DNA of 64,000 nt from an uncultured Rhodobacteraceae bacterium (GCA_937927675.1 CALBSG010000005.1:21727-85726), one strand, 5' to 3'. Shown: positions 1 through 9,950, numbered from the stretch's first letter. Made by a program: numbers and translations. Notes: generated by a model from the letters alone, not told the origin.

Positions 1-27
1 TGCCCGCATCCTCAAGGATTACTTCGC

Positions 28-447
28 ATGATGCACATCGCGGAAACCCGTGACATCGCCACCTGTCGCGCCCTGCGTCGCATCGTCTTTATCCAAGAAC
101 AGGGCGTGTCCGAAGCCGATGAGCTGGACGACAAGGACGACGAGGCCATTCATCTGCTAGCAACGCTGAACGGCAAACCGGTCGGCGCAGCACGGCTGCT
201 GACCACAGGGGGCACCGGCAAAATCGGCCGGGTCTGCGTCTTGGCAGAGGCCCGCGGCACTGGCCTTGGCGCGGCCCTGATGCGGGCGGCGGTGGAGCGG
301 TTTCGGCAGGTTCCCGGCGTGACAAACGTCAAACTTGGCGCGCAAACCCATGCACTGGGATTTTACGAGCGACTGGGGTTCACCGCATACGGGCCGGAAT
401 TCGACGATGCCGGCATTCCGCACCGCGAGATGGTGCTGGCGCTTTGA
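28..447 (+). CDS. GNAT family N-acetyltransferase
   Basis: 139-aa ORF. GNAT acetyl-CoA pocket-like segment 'RVCVLAEARGTGLGAALM' (R/Q-x-x-G-x-G/A) and C-terminal 'FYERLGF'. Confidence 0.8.
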   Translation: MMHIAETRDIATCRALRRIVFIQEQGVSEADELDDKDDEAIHLLATLNGKPVGAARLLTTGGTGKIGRVCVLAEARGTGLGAALMRAAVERFRQVPGVTNVKLGAQTHALGFYERLGFTAYGPEFDDAGIPHREMVLAL

Positions 448-501
448 CGTCCATCTTTCGCTGAGGTGGCCATGGGCGGCGGGTCGTGCTAGGCATGGCC
501 C

Positions 502-2754
502 ATGAACCCGATCCCGACCAAAGACCAGATCCGCCAATGGATCGCTGAAAACCCCGGCCTGTCGGCCAAGCGCGATATTGCCAAAGCTTTTGGCATCAAG
601 GGCGATGCCAAGATCGACCTCAAGCGCATCCTGCGTGAAATGGAAGATGAGGGGGGCCTGGAAAAGAAGGCCCGCCGCTTCCGCGAGCCGGGTGTCTTGC
701 CGTCGGTGGCGGTCTTGCAGGTGCTGGCACCGGACAGCCAAGGCGATTTGTTCGCCGTACCCTTGGAAGAAGGTGTCGACAGCACGGTACGCGTGCTGAT
801 CGTGGCCCAAAAAGGTGATCCCGCCTTGGGGGCCGGAGATCGCATTCTGGGCCGCCTGACGCCCGTAAAAGCCGAAAGCCACAGCTATGAGGCACGGCTC
901 ATCCGGCGGCTGGGGTCGAACCCGCTCAAGGTTCTGGGGATTTACCGCGAAGGTCACGAAGGCGGCCGGATCGTGCCCATCGACAAAGGGCAAGACAAGG
1001 AATGGCGGGTGGCGCGCGACGCCGCGAACGGTGCGCGCGACGGCGAACTGGTTGAGGGCGAGGCGGTTGGCAATCGTCGTCTTGGGCTGCCGCAAGCGCG
1101 GATCGTGGCCCGGCTGGGCGATCCTTCGGGCGCGCGGGCCGTCAGCCTGATCGCCATTCATCAGCATGGAATTCCCGACCAATTCCCCGATGCCGTGATT
1201 GCCGAGGCAGACAAGGCGGAAGCGGTTGGCCTCAAGGGCCGCGAAGATCTGCGCGACCTGCCCTTGGTCACCATTGATCCCATCGACGCGCGCGACCGGG
1301 ACGATGCGGTTTATGCCGAGGCCGATATCGAACCGGGCAACCCCGGCGGCCATGTGATCTGGGTCGCGATTGCCGATGTGTCGCATTATGTCACGCCGGG
1401 ATCCGCTCTGGATCGCGAAGCCCGGCGGCGGGGCAACTCGACCTATTTCCCCGACCGGGTGGTGCCGATGCTGCCCGATATCCTGTCGGGCGATTTGTGC
1501 AGCTTACACGAACATGTTGACCGCGCCTGCATGGCGGTGCGGATGCGAATTGATGCGCATGGCAACAAGCTGTCGCACCGCTTTACCCGTGGGCTGATGC
1601 GGTCGAAGGCATCGCTGCATTACGGGCAGGTGCAGGGGGCCATCGACGGACAGGCGGATGAAAAAACCGCCCCCCTGCTGGAGCCGGTCCTGAAACCGCT
1701 TTACGCCGCCTATGCCGCCTTGGTGCAGGCCCGGGCGGCGCGACAGCCCTTGGACCTTGATCTGCCCGAGCGCAAGATCGTGCTGGATGACAGCGGCAAG
1801 GTGACCTCGGTCGCCTTCTACGAGCGTTTTGACGCCCATAAGCTGATTGAGGAGATGATGATCCTCGCCAATGTCGCCGCGGCCGAGGAATTGATCGGAC
1901 TGAAGCGTCCCCTGCTGTTCCGCGTGCATGAGGAACCTTCGCCCCTCAAGCTGGAATCCCTGCGTGAGGTGGCTGAGGCTTCGGGTATGACGCTGGCCAA
2001 GGGGCAAGTGTTGAAGACCGCGCATCTCAATCGGCTCTTGTCCCAAGCCGAGGGCACCGAGTTTGATGAGCTGATCAACCTGACGACGCTGCGCAGCATG
2101 ACGCAGGCCTATTACAATGCCGAAAACTTTGGCCATTTCGGGCTGGCACTGCGCAACTATGCGCATTTCACCTCGCCCATCCGGCGCTATTCCGACCTGA
2201 TCGTGCATCGCGCCCTGATTGCCGGACATGGCTGGGGCAAAGATGGGCTGTCGGCTTGGGACGTCGAAAACCTTGATGAAACCGCCAAGCTGATTTCCGA
2301 AGCCGAGCGACGGTCGATGGCGGCTGAGCGCGACACCACGGATCGCTATCTGGCCGCGTTCTTGGCCGACCGGGTCGGCAGCACCTTTACCGGGCGGATT
2401 TCCGGGGTGCAGCGTTTTGGTCTGTTCGTGAAGTTGGATGAAACCGGGGCGGATGGGCTGGTTCCAATCCGGGCGGTCGGGCGCGAGTTTTTCCATTTTG
2501 ACGATAGCAGCCAAACCCTGACAGGCGCCGATACCGGCATGACCATTGGGATCGGGCAGCGGGTCACGGTCAAACTGGCCGAAGCTATTCCCGTCACCGG
2601 TGGGCTGGTTCTGGAACTGCTGGAACTTGACGGCGCGGGTCTTCCGGCCGGCAGATCCCGCAAGGGCGGGCGGTTCAACCCGCGCAAGCCTGCGGCAGCA
2701 AAGGCCAAGGCGTCAAAGCTGGCCCGCAAGATCGTGCGCAAACGGCGGGGCTGA
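502..2754 (+). CDS. rnr: Ribonuclease R (RNB-family 3'-5' exoribonuclease)
   Basis: 750-aa ORF. RNB motifs 'IDPIDARDRDDAVYAE', 'TYFPDRVVPMLP', 'HFGLALRNYAHFTSPIRRYSDLIVHR'. C-terminal S1 fold 'GRISGVQRFGLFVKLDETGADGLVPI' and Lys/Arg-rich tail. Confidence 0.93.
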   Translation: MNPIPTKDQIRQWIAENPGLSAKRDIAKAFGIKGDAKIDLKRILREMEDEGGLEKKARRFREPGVLPSVAVLQVLAPDSQGDLFAVPLEEGVDSTVRVLIVAQKGDPALGAGDRILGRLTPVKAESHSYEARLIRRLGSNPLKVLGIYREGHEGGRIVPIDKGQDKEWRVARDAANGARDGELVEGEAVGNRRLGLPQARIVARLGDPSGARAVSLIAIHQHGIPDQFPDAVIAEADKAEAVGLKGREDLRDLPLVTIDPIDARDRDDAVYAEADIEPGNPGGHVIWVAIADVSHYVTPGSALDREARRRGNSTYFPDRVVPMLPDILSGDLCSLHEHVDRACMAVRMRIDAHGNKLSHRFTRGLMRSKASLHYGQVQGAIDGQADEKTAPLLEPVLKPLYAAYAALVQARAARQPLDLDLPERKIVLDDSGKVTSVAFYERFDAHKLIEEMMILANVAAAEELIGLKRPLLFRVHEEPSPLKLESLREVAEASGMTLAKGQVLKTAHLNRLLSQAEGTEFDELINLTTLRSMTQAYYNAENFGHFGLALRNYAHFTSPIRRYSDLIVHRALIAGHGWGKDGLSAWDVENLDETAKLISEAERRSMAAERDTTDRYLAAFLADRVGSTFTGRISGVQRFGLFVKLDETGADGLVPIRAVGREFFHFDDSSQTLTGADTGMTIGIGQRVTVKLAEAIPVTGGLVLELLELDGAGLPAGRSRKGGRFNPRKPAAAKAKASKLARKIVRKRRG

Positions 2755-2756
2755 CT

Positions 2757-4007
2757 GTGAACAAGGGGGCGCCGAGGTTTCTAGCCCTTGTGCTGGCTTT
2801 GGCCACCCCTGCCCATGCGGGCCCGCAAGACACCGAAGCCGCCATGAGCGAAACCATCGGGGAGGCGATGTTGACCGAAGGAACCGGCACGCAAGACGGG
2901 CTTGACCAATGGCTGGCGACCTTTAGCGACCGCGCTTTGGCGGCGGGTATTGCTTCGGGCACGCTAGAGGCATTGGCGGGTACGGAGTATCTGCCAAAGG
3001 TCGTCCATAATGATCGCCACCAGAATGAATTCACCAAAACCATCTGGGATTATCTGGACAAGGCCGTGTCGGACGACCGCATCACCGGTGGTGTTGCGGC
3101 CCTGGAAAAGTACAATAACACCCTGACGCGGATCGAGACGACCTATGGCGTGGACGCTGAGATTGTCACCGCCATCTGGGGATTGGAAAGCGCCTATGGC
3201 GCGGTGCGGGGCGATTTGCCGACGCTGCACGCCTTGGCAACGCTGGCCTATGACGGGCGGCGCGGCGCGTTTTTTGAGGGTGAGTTGATTGCCGCACTGA
3301 AGATCATTCAGGCGGGTGACGCCACGGTGGAAACCCTGCGCGGATCATGGGCCGGGGCGATGGGGCATACGCAGTTCATGCCATCGTCTTGGCATGCTTT
3401 TGCGGTGGATTTCACCGCTGATGGCAAGCGCGACATCTGGAGCGATGATCCGACCGATGCCTTGGCATCAACCGCCGCCTATCTGGCGGGCAAGGGATGG
3501 ATCAAGGGCGCGCCATGGGGCGTGGAAATCACCCTGCCGCCGGGCTTTAATTATGATCTGACGACCGAGCGGGTGAAAAAGCCCGTGTCGGAATGGCAGG
3601 CCATGGGGGTCAGGCTGGCCACGGGCGGCGATTTGCCGGATCATGGCGCGGCCTCGGTCCTGTTGCCCGGCGGGCATAAGGGCGCGGCGTTTCTGATTTT
3701 CCAAAACTTCCATGTGATCGAAAGCTATAACACCGCCGACGCCTATGTGATCGCCGTGGGTCATCTGGCCGACCGGCTAAAGGGCGGCGGGCCGATCCTG
3801 TCGCCGTGGCCGCGCGAAGAACGCGCGCTGTCCTTTGATGAGCGGGTCGCCCTGCAAAAAAGGCTGACAGCGGCGGGGTTTGACACCGGAGGCGTCGACG
3901 CCAAGATGGGGCCAAAGACAGTGGCCGCGCTGAAAGCGTTTCAAAAGGCCAAAGGGCTGGTCCCTGATGGCTTCCCCACACTGTCGGTGCTGCGCGCGCT
4001 AGAGTAA
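2757..4007 (+). CDS. Lytic murein transglycosylase (MltB-like) with C-terminal peptidoglycan-binding domain
   Basis: GTG start 3 nt after the rnr stop. Signal peptide ending 'ATPAHA'. Motifs 'IWGLESAYG' and 'GHTQFMPSSW'. C-terminal PG-binding repeat 'MGPKTVAALKAFQKAKGLVPDG'. Confidence 0.85.
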   Translation: MNKGAPRFLALVLALATPAHAGPQDTEAAMSETIGEAMLTEGTGTQDGLDQWLATFSDRALAAGIASGTLEALAGTEYLPKVVHNDRHQNEFTKTIWDYLDKAVSDDRITGGVAALEKYNNTLTRIETTYGVDAEIVTAIWGLESAYGAVRGDLPTLHALATLAYDGRRGAFFEGELIAALKIIQAGDATVETLRGSWAGAMGHTQFMPSSWHAFAVDFTADGKRDIWSDDPTDALASTAAYLAGKGWIKGAPWGVEITLPPGFNYDLTTERVKKPVSEWQAMGVRLATGGDLPDHGAASVLLPGGHKGAAFLIFQNFHVIESYNTADAYVIAVGHLADRLKGGGPILSPWPREERALSFDERVALQKRLTAAGFDTGGVDAKMGPKTVAALKAFQKAKGLVPDGFPTLSVLRALE

Positions 4008-4053
4008 AAACTCTGTGACCAGCGGAATCTCAGACCAAAGTCCATATCGCATG

Positions 4054-4079
4054 GTCAAAGCTTGCCAGTAGGCTTTGAC
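4054..4079. promoter_or_regulatory. Perfect 8-bp inverted repeat GTCAAAGC-N10-GCTTTGAC upstream of cytochrome c-prime (possible operator)
   Basis: Arms at 4054-4061 and 4072-4079. The right arm overlaps a TTGACA hexamer (4075-4080) followed by TAGAAT (4081-4086). It lies 27 nt upstream of the ATG at 4106. Confidence 0.3.
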
Positions 4080-4105
4080 ATAGAATCCATTCATCGACCC
4101 AGACC

Positions 4106-4558
4106 ATGGAGAGCCAGATGAAAACCTTTGCCAAAACGCTTTTGATCGGCGTGCTTCTGACCACCGGCGCCGTTTACGCCGAAACCGAGGCCACCACGCC
4201 AGAGGTGAAGGCACGTCAGGAGTTGATGAAATCCTTTGGCGGTGCAGCCAAGACACTGGGTGGCATGGCCTCGGGCGAGATGGCCTATGATGCCGCCGCT
4301 GCAGAAGCCGCGAAACAGACCCTTGTGACGGGGGCCGCCGAGATCGAGGCCAAGTTCACCGCCAATGTCGAAGACGCAGGATCTGAAGCCAAGCCCGAGG
4401 TTTGGACCGGCTGGGATGCATTCCTTGCCAAGGCCAAAGGGCTGGGCGATGCGGCCACCGGGCTGGATGTTGCCTCGGCTGAAACGATCGGCGCGGGGAT
4501 GAAGAACATCGGCGGGGCATGCAAGGCCTGCCACACCGACTATCGCGTGGCGGATTGA
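4106..4558 (+). CDS. cycP: Cytochrome c-prime (class II c-type cytochrome)
   Basis: Signal peptide (...GAVYA/ETEA), Ala-rich helical body and a single C-terminal heme motif 'CKACH'. The alternative ATG at 4118 sits closer to GGAGAG (4108-4113). Confidence 0.88.
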   Translation: MESQMKTFAKTLLIGVLLTTGAVYAETEATTPEVKARQELMKSFGGAAKTLGGMASGEMAYDAAAAEAAKQTLVTGAAEIEAKFTANVEDAGSEAKPEVWTGWDAFLAKAKGLGDAATGLDVASAETIGAGMKNIGGACKACHTDYRVAD

Positions 4559-4585
4559 AACAGAGTTCAATGGTGCAAGGTTATC

Positions 4586-4612
4586 CCCCGGCGTCACCGC
4601 CGGGGTTTTTTG
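4586..4612. terminator. Rho-independent terminator between convergent cycP and an I78-like gene
   Basis: CCCCGGCG-tcac-CGCCGGGG stem followed by TTTTTTGTTT on the plus strand. Confidence 0.8.
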
Positions 4613-4614
4613 TT

Positions 4615-4872
4615 TCAGCCACAGGCCACGCGGAAAATCGTGCCGGCCTCATCGATTTCGATGTTCAGGCGATCCTCACGGTAGTCCATGGTCACGGCCA
4701 TGCCGGGATGAGTGATCCGCACCGGGCTGCCAAATTTCATGTTCTGCAAAACCGTTTCGGACTGACCGACCAGATCTTGCAAGGCGGGCGCGCCGCAGGT
4801 TCCGGCGGTTGGGACCGTCTCATCGACGCAGGCCGCAAAGGCAAAGGGCAACAACAGGGCAAAGCGGCGCAT
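4615..4872 (-). CDS. Peptidase-inhibitor I78 family lipoprotein (copy 1)
   Basis: 85 aa. Lipobox 'FAFAAC'. 'LVGQ...', 'RITHPGMAVTMDYREDRLNIEID' and terminal '...RVACG' match my recollection of the Inhibitor_I78 pattern. Confidence 0.7.
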   Translation of the reverse strand: MRRFALLLPFAFAACVDETVPTAGTCGAPALQDLVGQSETVLQNMKFGSPVRITHPGMAVTMDYREDRLNIEIDEAGTIFRVACG

Positions 4873-4884
4873 CAGTAGGCTCCT

Positions 4885-5181
4885 TTAACCACACATCAGC
4901 CGCAGGATGCGGCCGGTCACATCAACCTCGGCGTTCAGGCGCGCGGGGATCACCTCATGTGTAATCTCTTGCCCCGGCCAAAGCACGCGCAGCGGGCCGA
5001 TCAGGCGGAAATCGGCCAGTTGGGCCATCGGCGCGCCTCGCAGATCCGGCAGCGCCGCCAATCCGCAACGGTCGGGCTGGGGCGGCAACATGTCGTCCAC
5101 CGGGCCCATGCGCATTTGCCCCGCCAACGGGAAACATCCCGCCAGCACGCCGATCACCAGACCGAGTGCGATCAGCCGCAT
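4885..5181 (-). CDS. Peptidase-inhibitor I78 family lipoprotein (copy 2, tandem paralog)
   Basis: 98 aa. Lipobox 'VLAGC'. 'RVLWPGQEITHEVIPARLNAEVD' and terminal '...RLMCG' parallel copy 1. Confidence 0.65.
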   Translation of the reverse strand: MRLIALGLVIGVLAGCFPLAGQMRMGPVDDMLPPQPDRCGLAALPDLRGAPMAQLADFRLIGPLRVLWPGQEITHEVIPARLNAEVDVTGRILRLMCG

Positions 5182-5381
5182 GACAGCCGATCAGCCCGCC
5201 ACACAGCATCGACATCGAGATCATCGACCCACATCAATTGCGGTTTACACGTGCGAGCCGAAAGGCCTTGAAACCGGCCGAAAATCGGGAGAATTGCCTT
5301 CATCAAATGTCGTTTCCTGCGTTGCAATTTCAACCGTTCTGGCACAGCCTGCGCGCGTTGATAAGGGGGAGGAATTCCATA

Positions 5382-6518
5382 ATGCGCACCCGTGCCGCCG
5401 TTGCCGTTGCTGCTGGCCAGCCTTTGCAGATCATGGAGGTCAATCTTGATGACCCCAAGGAAGGCGAGGTTCTGATTGAGATTAAGGCCACCGGAATTTG
5501 CCACACCGACGAATTCACCCTGTCGGGTGCCGACCCTGAAGGGATTTTCCCCTCGATCCTTGGCCATGAAGGTGCGGGCGTCGTGGTGAAATGCGGCCCC
5601 GGCGTGAAATCGCTGAAGCCGGGCGATCATGTGATCCCGCTTTACACCCCGGAATGCCGCGAATGCCCGTCCTGCCTGTCGCGCAAGACGAACCTCTGCA
5701 CCGCGATCCGCGCCACCCAAGGCCAAGGCCTCATGCCCGATGGCACCACGCGCTTTTCGATGCTGGATGGCACCCCGATCTATCACTACATGGGTTGCTC
5801 GACCTTTGCTCAGCACACCGTCATGCCGGAAATCGCGCTGGCCAAGGTGCGGGAAGACGCGCCCTTCGACAAGATCTGCTATATCGGCTGTGGCGTCACC
5901 ACCGGCATCGGTGCGGTTCTGAACACCGCCAAGGTCGAGCATGACGCAACCGCCGTGGTCTTCGGTCTGGGCGGCATTGGTCTGAACGTCATTCAGGGCC
6001 TGAAAATGGCCGGGGCGCGGATGATCATCGGCGTTGATCTGAACGACGACAAGGAAGAATGGGGCCGCAAGTTCGGCATGACCCACTTCATCAACCCGAA
6101 GAAACTGGCCGAAGGCACGAGCGTGGTGCAGGCGATAGTTGACCTGACCAAGACGCCTTTCGACAAGATCGGCGGCGCGGATTATTCGTTTGACTGCACC
6201 GGCAACGTCAAGGTGATGCGCGACGCGCTGGAATGCACGCACCGTGGCTGGGGCCAGTCGATCATCATCGGTGTGGCACCCGCAGGGGCCACCATCGAAA
6301 CACGGCCCTTCCAGCTGGTCACAGGCCGGGTTTGGAAAGGCACCGCATTCGGCGGCGCGCGTGGTCGGACGGATGTGCCGACGATCGTCGATTGGTACAT
6401 GGACGGCAAAATCGAGATCGACTCGATGATCACCCACATCCTGCCGCTGGAACGTATCAACGAAGGCTTCGATCTGATGCACGCCGGCAAGTCAATCCGC
6501 GCGGTCGTGGTCTACTGA
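5382..6518 (+). CDS. frmA: S-(hydroxymethyl)glutathione dehydrogenase / class III alcohol dehydrogenase
   Basis: The ATG at 5382 is preceded by AGGGGGAGG (5364-5372); the track ORF start at 5238 is an upstream extension. Zn-ADH motifs 'GICHTDEF' and 'GHEGAGVV'; NAD fold 'GLGGIGLNVIQG'. Confidence 0.92.
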   Translation: MRTRAAVAVAAGQPLQIMEVNLDDPKEGEVLIEIKATGICHTDEFTLSGADPEGIFPSILGHEGAGVVVKCGPGVKSLKPGDHVIPLYTPECRECPSCLSRKTNLCTAIRATQGQGLMPDGTTRFSMLDGTPIYHYMGCSTFAQHTVMPEIALAKVREDAPFDKICYIGCGVTTGIGAVLNTAKVEHDATAVVFGLGGIGLNVIQGLKMAGARMIIGVDLNDDKEEWGRKFGMTHFINPKKLAEGTSVVQAIVDLTKTPFDKIGGADYSFDCTGNVKVMRDALECTHRGWGQSIIIGVAPAGATIETRPFQLVTGRVWKGTAFGGARGRTDVPTIVDWYMDGKIEIDSMITHILPLERINEGFDLMHAGKSIRAVVVY

Positions 6519-6537
6519 GACCTCAGAACGAACAAAC

Positions 6538-6572
6538 AAAAAGGCCTGTGGGAAACCCCGCAGGCCTTTTTG
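6538..6572. terminator. Bidirectional terminator between frmA and rlmN
   Basis: AAAAAGGCCTG-tgggaaacccc-CAGGCCTTTTT. The stem is flanked by an A-run and a T-run, so it can terminate both convergent genes. Confidence 0.85.
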
Positions 6573-6574
6573 TT

Positions 6575-7759
6575 TTAACCGGCCTTCGTCTCGGCCTCGA
6601 TCTGCGCCTTTGACTTGCGCGACCGTTCGGTGGCCGATTTCAACTGGCCGCAAGCCGCCATGATATCCTCGCCGCGCGGGGTGCGGATGGGGGTGGCATA
6701 ACCGGCCTTATAGATGATGTCGGCAAAGGCGTGGATGCGGTTGCCGGACGACCGTTTATAGGGCGCCCCGGGCCATTCGTTGAACGGGATCAGGTTCACC
6801 TTGGCCGGGATGCCTTCCAGCAGCTTCACCAGACGGTGCGCGTCTTCCTTGGTGTCATTCACGCCGTCCAGCATGACATATTCAAAGGTGATCCGTTCCG
6901 AATTTGACAGGTTCGGATAGTCTTTCAGTGCCGCCAGCAGGGTTTCGATGTTCCACCGCTTGTTGATCGGCACCAGAACGTCGCGCACCTCATCGGTGGT
7001 CGCGTGGAAGCTGACAGCCAGCAGGCAGCCAATCTCCGTCGCGGTGCGGGCGATTTCTGGCACAACGCCGCTGGTCGACAGCGTGATGCGGCGACGGCCA
7101 AGGGCGATGCCCTCATTGTCCATCACCACCTTCATCGCGTCACGGACGTTTTCAAAATTATAAAGCGGTTCGCCCATGCCCATCAGGACGATGTTCGACA
7201 CCAGCCGCACTTCTTCTTTCGGCGCGCCCGGCACCGGCCATTCGTTCAGGTCATCACGGGCCAGCATCACCTGCCCGACAATTTCCGCTGCGGTCAGGTT
7301 ACGCACCAGTTTCTGCGTGCCGGTGTGGCAGAAGGAACAGGTCAGCGTGCAGCCGACTTGGGACGAGATGCACAGCGTGCCACGGTCAGTTTCGGGGATA
7401 TAGACCACCTCCACCTCATGCCCGCCGGCGATGCGGACCAGATATTTCCGCGTGCCATCTTCGGAAATCAGGCGGGTGACAACCTCAGGCACCTCCAGCA
7501 CAAAGTTATCGGCCAGCAGCGCGCGATAATCCTTGGCAAGGTTGGTCATGCGGTCAAACTCGCGCACGCCCCAATGGTAGACCCATTGCCAAACCTGCCC
7601 CACCCGCATCTTGGCCTGCTTTTCCGGCGTGCCAGCCGCGATCAGCGCCGCGCGCATCTGGTCGCGGGTCATGCCCACCAGATTGGCTTTGCCGCCCTCG
7701 GGCAGCTTGCGCGGCAGGGTCATAACATCTTGGGTGATCGGGGTGGTGGCGTCGGTCAT
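6575..7759 (-). CDS. rlmN: 23S rRNA/tRNA adenine-C2 methyltransferase RlmN (radical SAM)
   Basis: 394 aa. Radical-SAM cluster motif '[11 protein letters not shown]' (CX3CX2C); 'MGMGEPL'; C-terminal 'AACGQL'. Confidence 0.93.
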   Translation of the reverse strand: MTDATTPITQDVMTLPRKLPEGGKANLVGMTRDQMRAALIAAGTPEKQAKMRVGQVWQWVYHWGVREFDRMTNLAKDYRALLADNFVLEVPEVVTRLISEDGTRKYLVRIAGGHEVEVVYIPETDRGTLCISSQVGCTLTCSFCHTGTQKLVRNLTAAEIVGQVMLARDDLNEWPVPGAPKEEVRLVSNIVLMGMGEPLYNFENVRDAMKVVMDNEGIALGRRRITLSTSGVVPEIARTATEIGCLLAVSFHATTDEVRDVLVPINKRWNIETLLAALKDYPNLSNSERITFEYVMLDGVNDTKEDAHRLVKLLEGIPAKVNLIPFNEWPGAPYKRSSGNRIHAFADIIYKAGYATPIRTPRGEDIMAACGQLKSATERSRKSKAQIEAETKAG

Positions 7760-7804
7760 GGCAGAATCCGGGTTGGGCAGCTTTGGGCATATAGGGCATC
7801 TGGC

Positions 7805-7842
7805 CCAAAAACAAAAGCGCCCCGACCTTGCGGCGGGGCGCC
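7805..7842 (-). terminator. Rho-independent terminator of the IalB-like gene
   Basis: On the minus strand: GCGCCCCG-ccgcaaggt-CGGGGCGC followed by TTTTGTTTTT. Confidence 0.8.
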
Positions 7843-7862
7843 TGATGGAAATGCCAGAAAAA

Positions 7863-8381
7863 TTAGCCGCAGCGCTTGGCGGCGTCTTCCATCGCAGCGG
7901 TGAACCCGCGCAAGGAGAACGTGTCTTTGGTCTGGGTGCCTTTGCCTGATTTCGCGGTCAGCACAGCCGTGGTGCCTTTTTTCAAGGCCGACAAGATCGC
8001 CGCATCGTCATCCTTGGTGCCCGGCCAAGCCCATTCGCCATCGGTGATCAGGTCATAGGTCGTGCCATCGACATCCAGCTTGACGGTAGAACCGCCCGCA
8101 AACGGATAGCCGCCCGCAAAGGAAATCTCGCCCGAGGCACTGGGACGGAAGGTGACAAACAACAAAATGTCGCCGCGTCGCACCTGAACCGGGTTGCCGT
8201 CCTTGGTGTTGACGGTTTCCTTGGGGCTGGACACGCCCCAGCACTCTTTCGGGCTTTCTTCGACAAAGACGCTCCAATCGGTCATCGTCGCCACAACGTT
8301 GCTCGACTCTTGCGCCTGAAGCGCGGTCGCGCCCAATGCAAGGGTCATCCCCAGAAGGGTGCGGGTCATCCAGCTTGCCAT
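7863..8381 (-). CDS. Invasion-associated locus B (IalB)-like periplasmic protein
   Basis: 172 aa from the ATG at 8381. Signal peptide '[12 protein letters not shown]'. The long upstream part of track ORF 7863..9173 is Arg/Pro-rich and non-genic. The size and two-Cys pattern fit the IalB family (from memory). Confidence 0.65.
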   Translation of the reverse strand: MASWMTRTLLGMTLALGATALQAQESSNVVATMTDWSVFVEESPKECWGVSSPKETVNTKDGNPVQVRRGDILLFVTFRPSASGEISFAGGYPFAGGSTVKLDVDGTTYDLITDGEWAWPGTKDDDAAILSALKKGTTAVLTAKSGKGTQTKDTFSLRGFTAAMEDAAKRCG

Positions 8382-8551
8382 GTCAACAGCCTCCAAGCTG
8401 CGGTTGCCTCTGCCCTGCCAAGCCCGCTTTATGATGCGGTTTTTCCTGTGGCGTAGGGCCATTTCACTCGATATCCCATTCATTACCGAAAATGACCAAT
8501 CCGCGAAAGCCCCTTGGGCATAAAATCGCGCATCCGTGACGGGAGAAGACG

Positions 8552-9544
8552 ATGGCTGAAGCGGCTGAGATGGTAGAACTGTGGCGTGGCGGGCTTTTGG
8601 AAAGCACACATCGCGGCCATGCAGTTTTATGCGATGAAACCGGGCAGATTGTTGAGGCTTGGGGCGATCCGGGCCGCGTGGTCTTCCCGCGCTCATCCTG
8701 CAAGATGTTGCAGGCGCTGCCCTTGGTCGAAAGCGGGGCCGCCGATGCTTTTGGCCTGACCGAGGCGCATCTGGCCTTGTCCTGCGCCAGCCATCAGGGG
8801 GCCGCGCTGCATGTGAACATGGCGCGCGACTGGTTGGCGGGACTGGGCCTTGGCGAGCCTGATCTACGCTGCGGATCGCACGAGCCCTATGACCGGGCCG
8901 AACGCGACCGGCTGATCTGCGACCACGAAGGGCCGTGCCAACTGCACAACAACTGCTCGGGCAAACATTCGGGGTTTTTGACGACGACAAAGCACCTGAA
9001 AGCCGGTCCGGAATATGTGGAACTGGACCATCCCTTGCAAAAGGCAATCCGCGCCGCGACCGAGGAGGTGACGGGTGAAACCGCGGCCGGATACGGCATC
9101 GACGGCTGTTCCGCACCGAATTTCGCGATGTCCATCGCCGGTCTTGCACGCGGGATGGCGAAATTTGCGGCAACCGACGGCAGCGGCACGCGCGGCCGGG
9201 CCATGCAACGTTTGACGCGGGCCATGGCGACCTACCCAGAACTGGTCGCAGGCGAGGGCCGTGCCTGCACAGAGTTGATGCGGGCGATGGGCGGTCGGGT
9301 GTCGATCAAGACGGGGGCCGAGGCGGTGTTTGTGGCCATCATCCCGGAAAAGAAACTGGGATTGGCGCTGAAGATCGAAGACGGCAATTCGCGTGCCTCT
9401 GAGGCGGCTTTGGTCGGAATTCTGACCCGCCTTGGCGTGCTGGATATCGCGCATCCGATGGCGCAAAAACGGCTTCCAGCACCGCAAACCAATTGCCGAG
9501 GCCTGACCGTCGGCGAGTTGCGGCTGTCAGAAGGGTTCCTTTAA
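8552..9544 (+). CDS. Asparaginase-II (Rhizobium-type) family protein
   Basis: 330 aa. N-terminal 'ESTHRGHAVLCDETGQIVEAWGDPGRVVFPRSSCKMLQALPLVESGA' resembles the PF06089-type family pattern as I recall it. Confidence 0.7.
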   Translation: MAEAAEMVELWRGGLLESTHRGHAVLCDETGQIVEAWGDPGRVVFPRSSCKMLQALPLVESGAADAFGLTEAHLALSCASHQGAALHVNMARDWLAGLGLGEPDLRCGSHEPYDRAERDRLICDHEGPCQLHNNCSGKHSGFLTTTKHLKAGPEYVELDHPLQKAIRAATEEVTGETAAGYGIDGCSAPNFAMSIAGLARGMAKFAATDGSGTRGRAMQRLTRAMATYPELVAGEGRACTELMRAMGGRVSIKTGAEAVFVAIIPEKKLGLALKIEDGNSRASEAALVGILTRLGVLDIAHPMAQKRLPAPQTNCRGLTVGELRLSEGFL

Positions 9545-9568
9545 CCCGCCCCACGACGGGCTTGATTC

Positions 9569-9928
9569 ATGACATATCTGCGATACAGTTTTGTCATGAA
9601 CGCGCCGGTGCCCTTTCCGCATGCCCCTGCCGAGGTCGTCAGTTTTGGCCGCGTCGAGTTGGGGTTGATCCTGTCGCTTTACGGCCGGATGGTCGCGGCA
9701 GGCGAATGGCGCGACTATGCGATGAGCTTTCAGCCCGAGGTCGCCACGTTCTCAATCTTTCGCCGCACCGCTGAAGTGCCGCTTTACAGGATTGAAAAGC
9801 GCCCCAAACTGCGGATGCGACAAGGGATCTATGCGGTTTTGGGCGGCGAAGGGCAGGTTTTGCGGCGCGGCCAAGATCTGGCCGCTGCGCTGCGTGTGCT
9901 GGAAAAACCTTTGCGGCCGATCGACTAA
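9569..9928 (+). CDS. DUF2794-like small conserved protein
   Basis: 119 aa. 'VSFGRVELGLILSLYGRMVAAGEWRDYA' matches my recollection of the DUF2794 family. An alternative start is at 9596 (MNAPV). Confidence 0.55.
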   Translation: MTYLRYSFVMNAPVPFPHAPAEVVSFGRVELGLILSLYGRMVAAGEWRDYAMSFQPEVATFSIFRRTAEVPLYRIEKRPKLRMRQGIYAVLGGEGQVLRRGQDLAAALRVLEKPLRPID

Positions 9929-9950
9929 AGCGTGTCAGATTTGAATGGAA

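Noticed and set aside
8382-9173. N-terminal ~260-aa extension of the IalB-like ORF (track ORF 7863..9173).
   Set aside because: The extension is Arg/Pro/Ser-rich and overlaps the well-supported asparaginase-family gene on the other strand. The signal peptide begins at the internal ATG at 8381.
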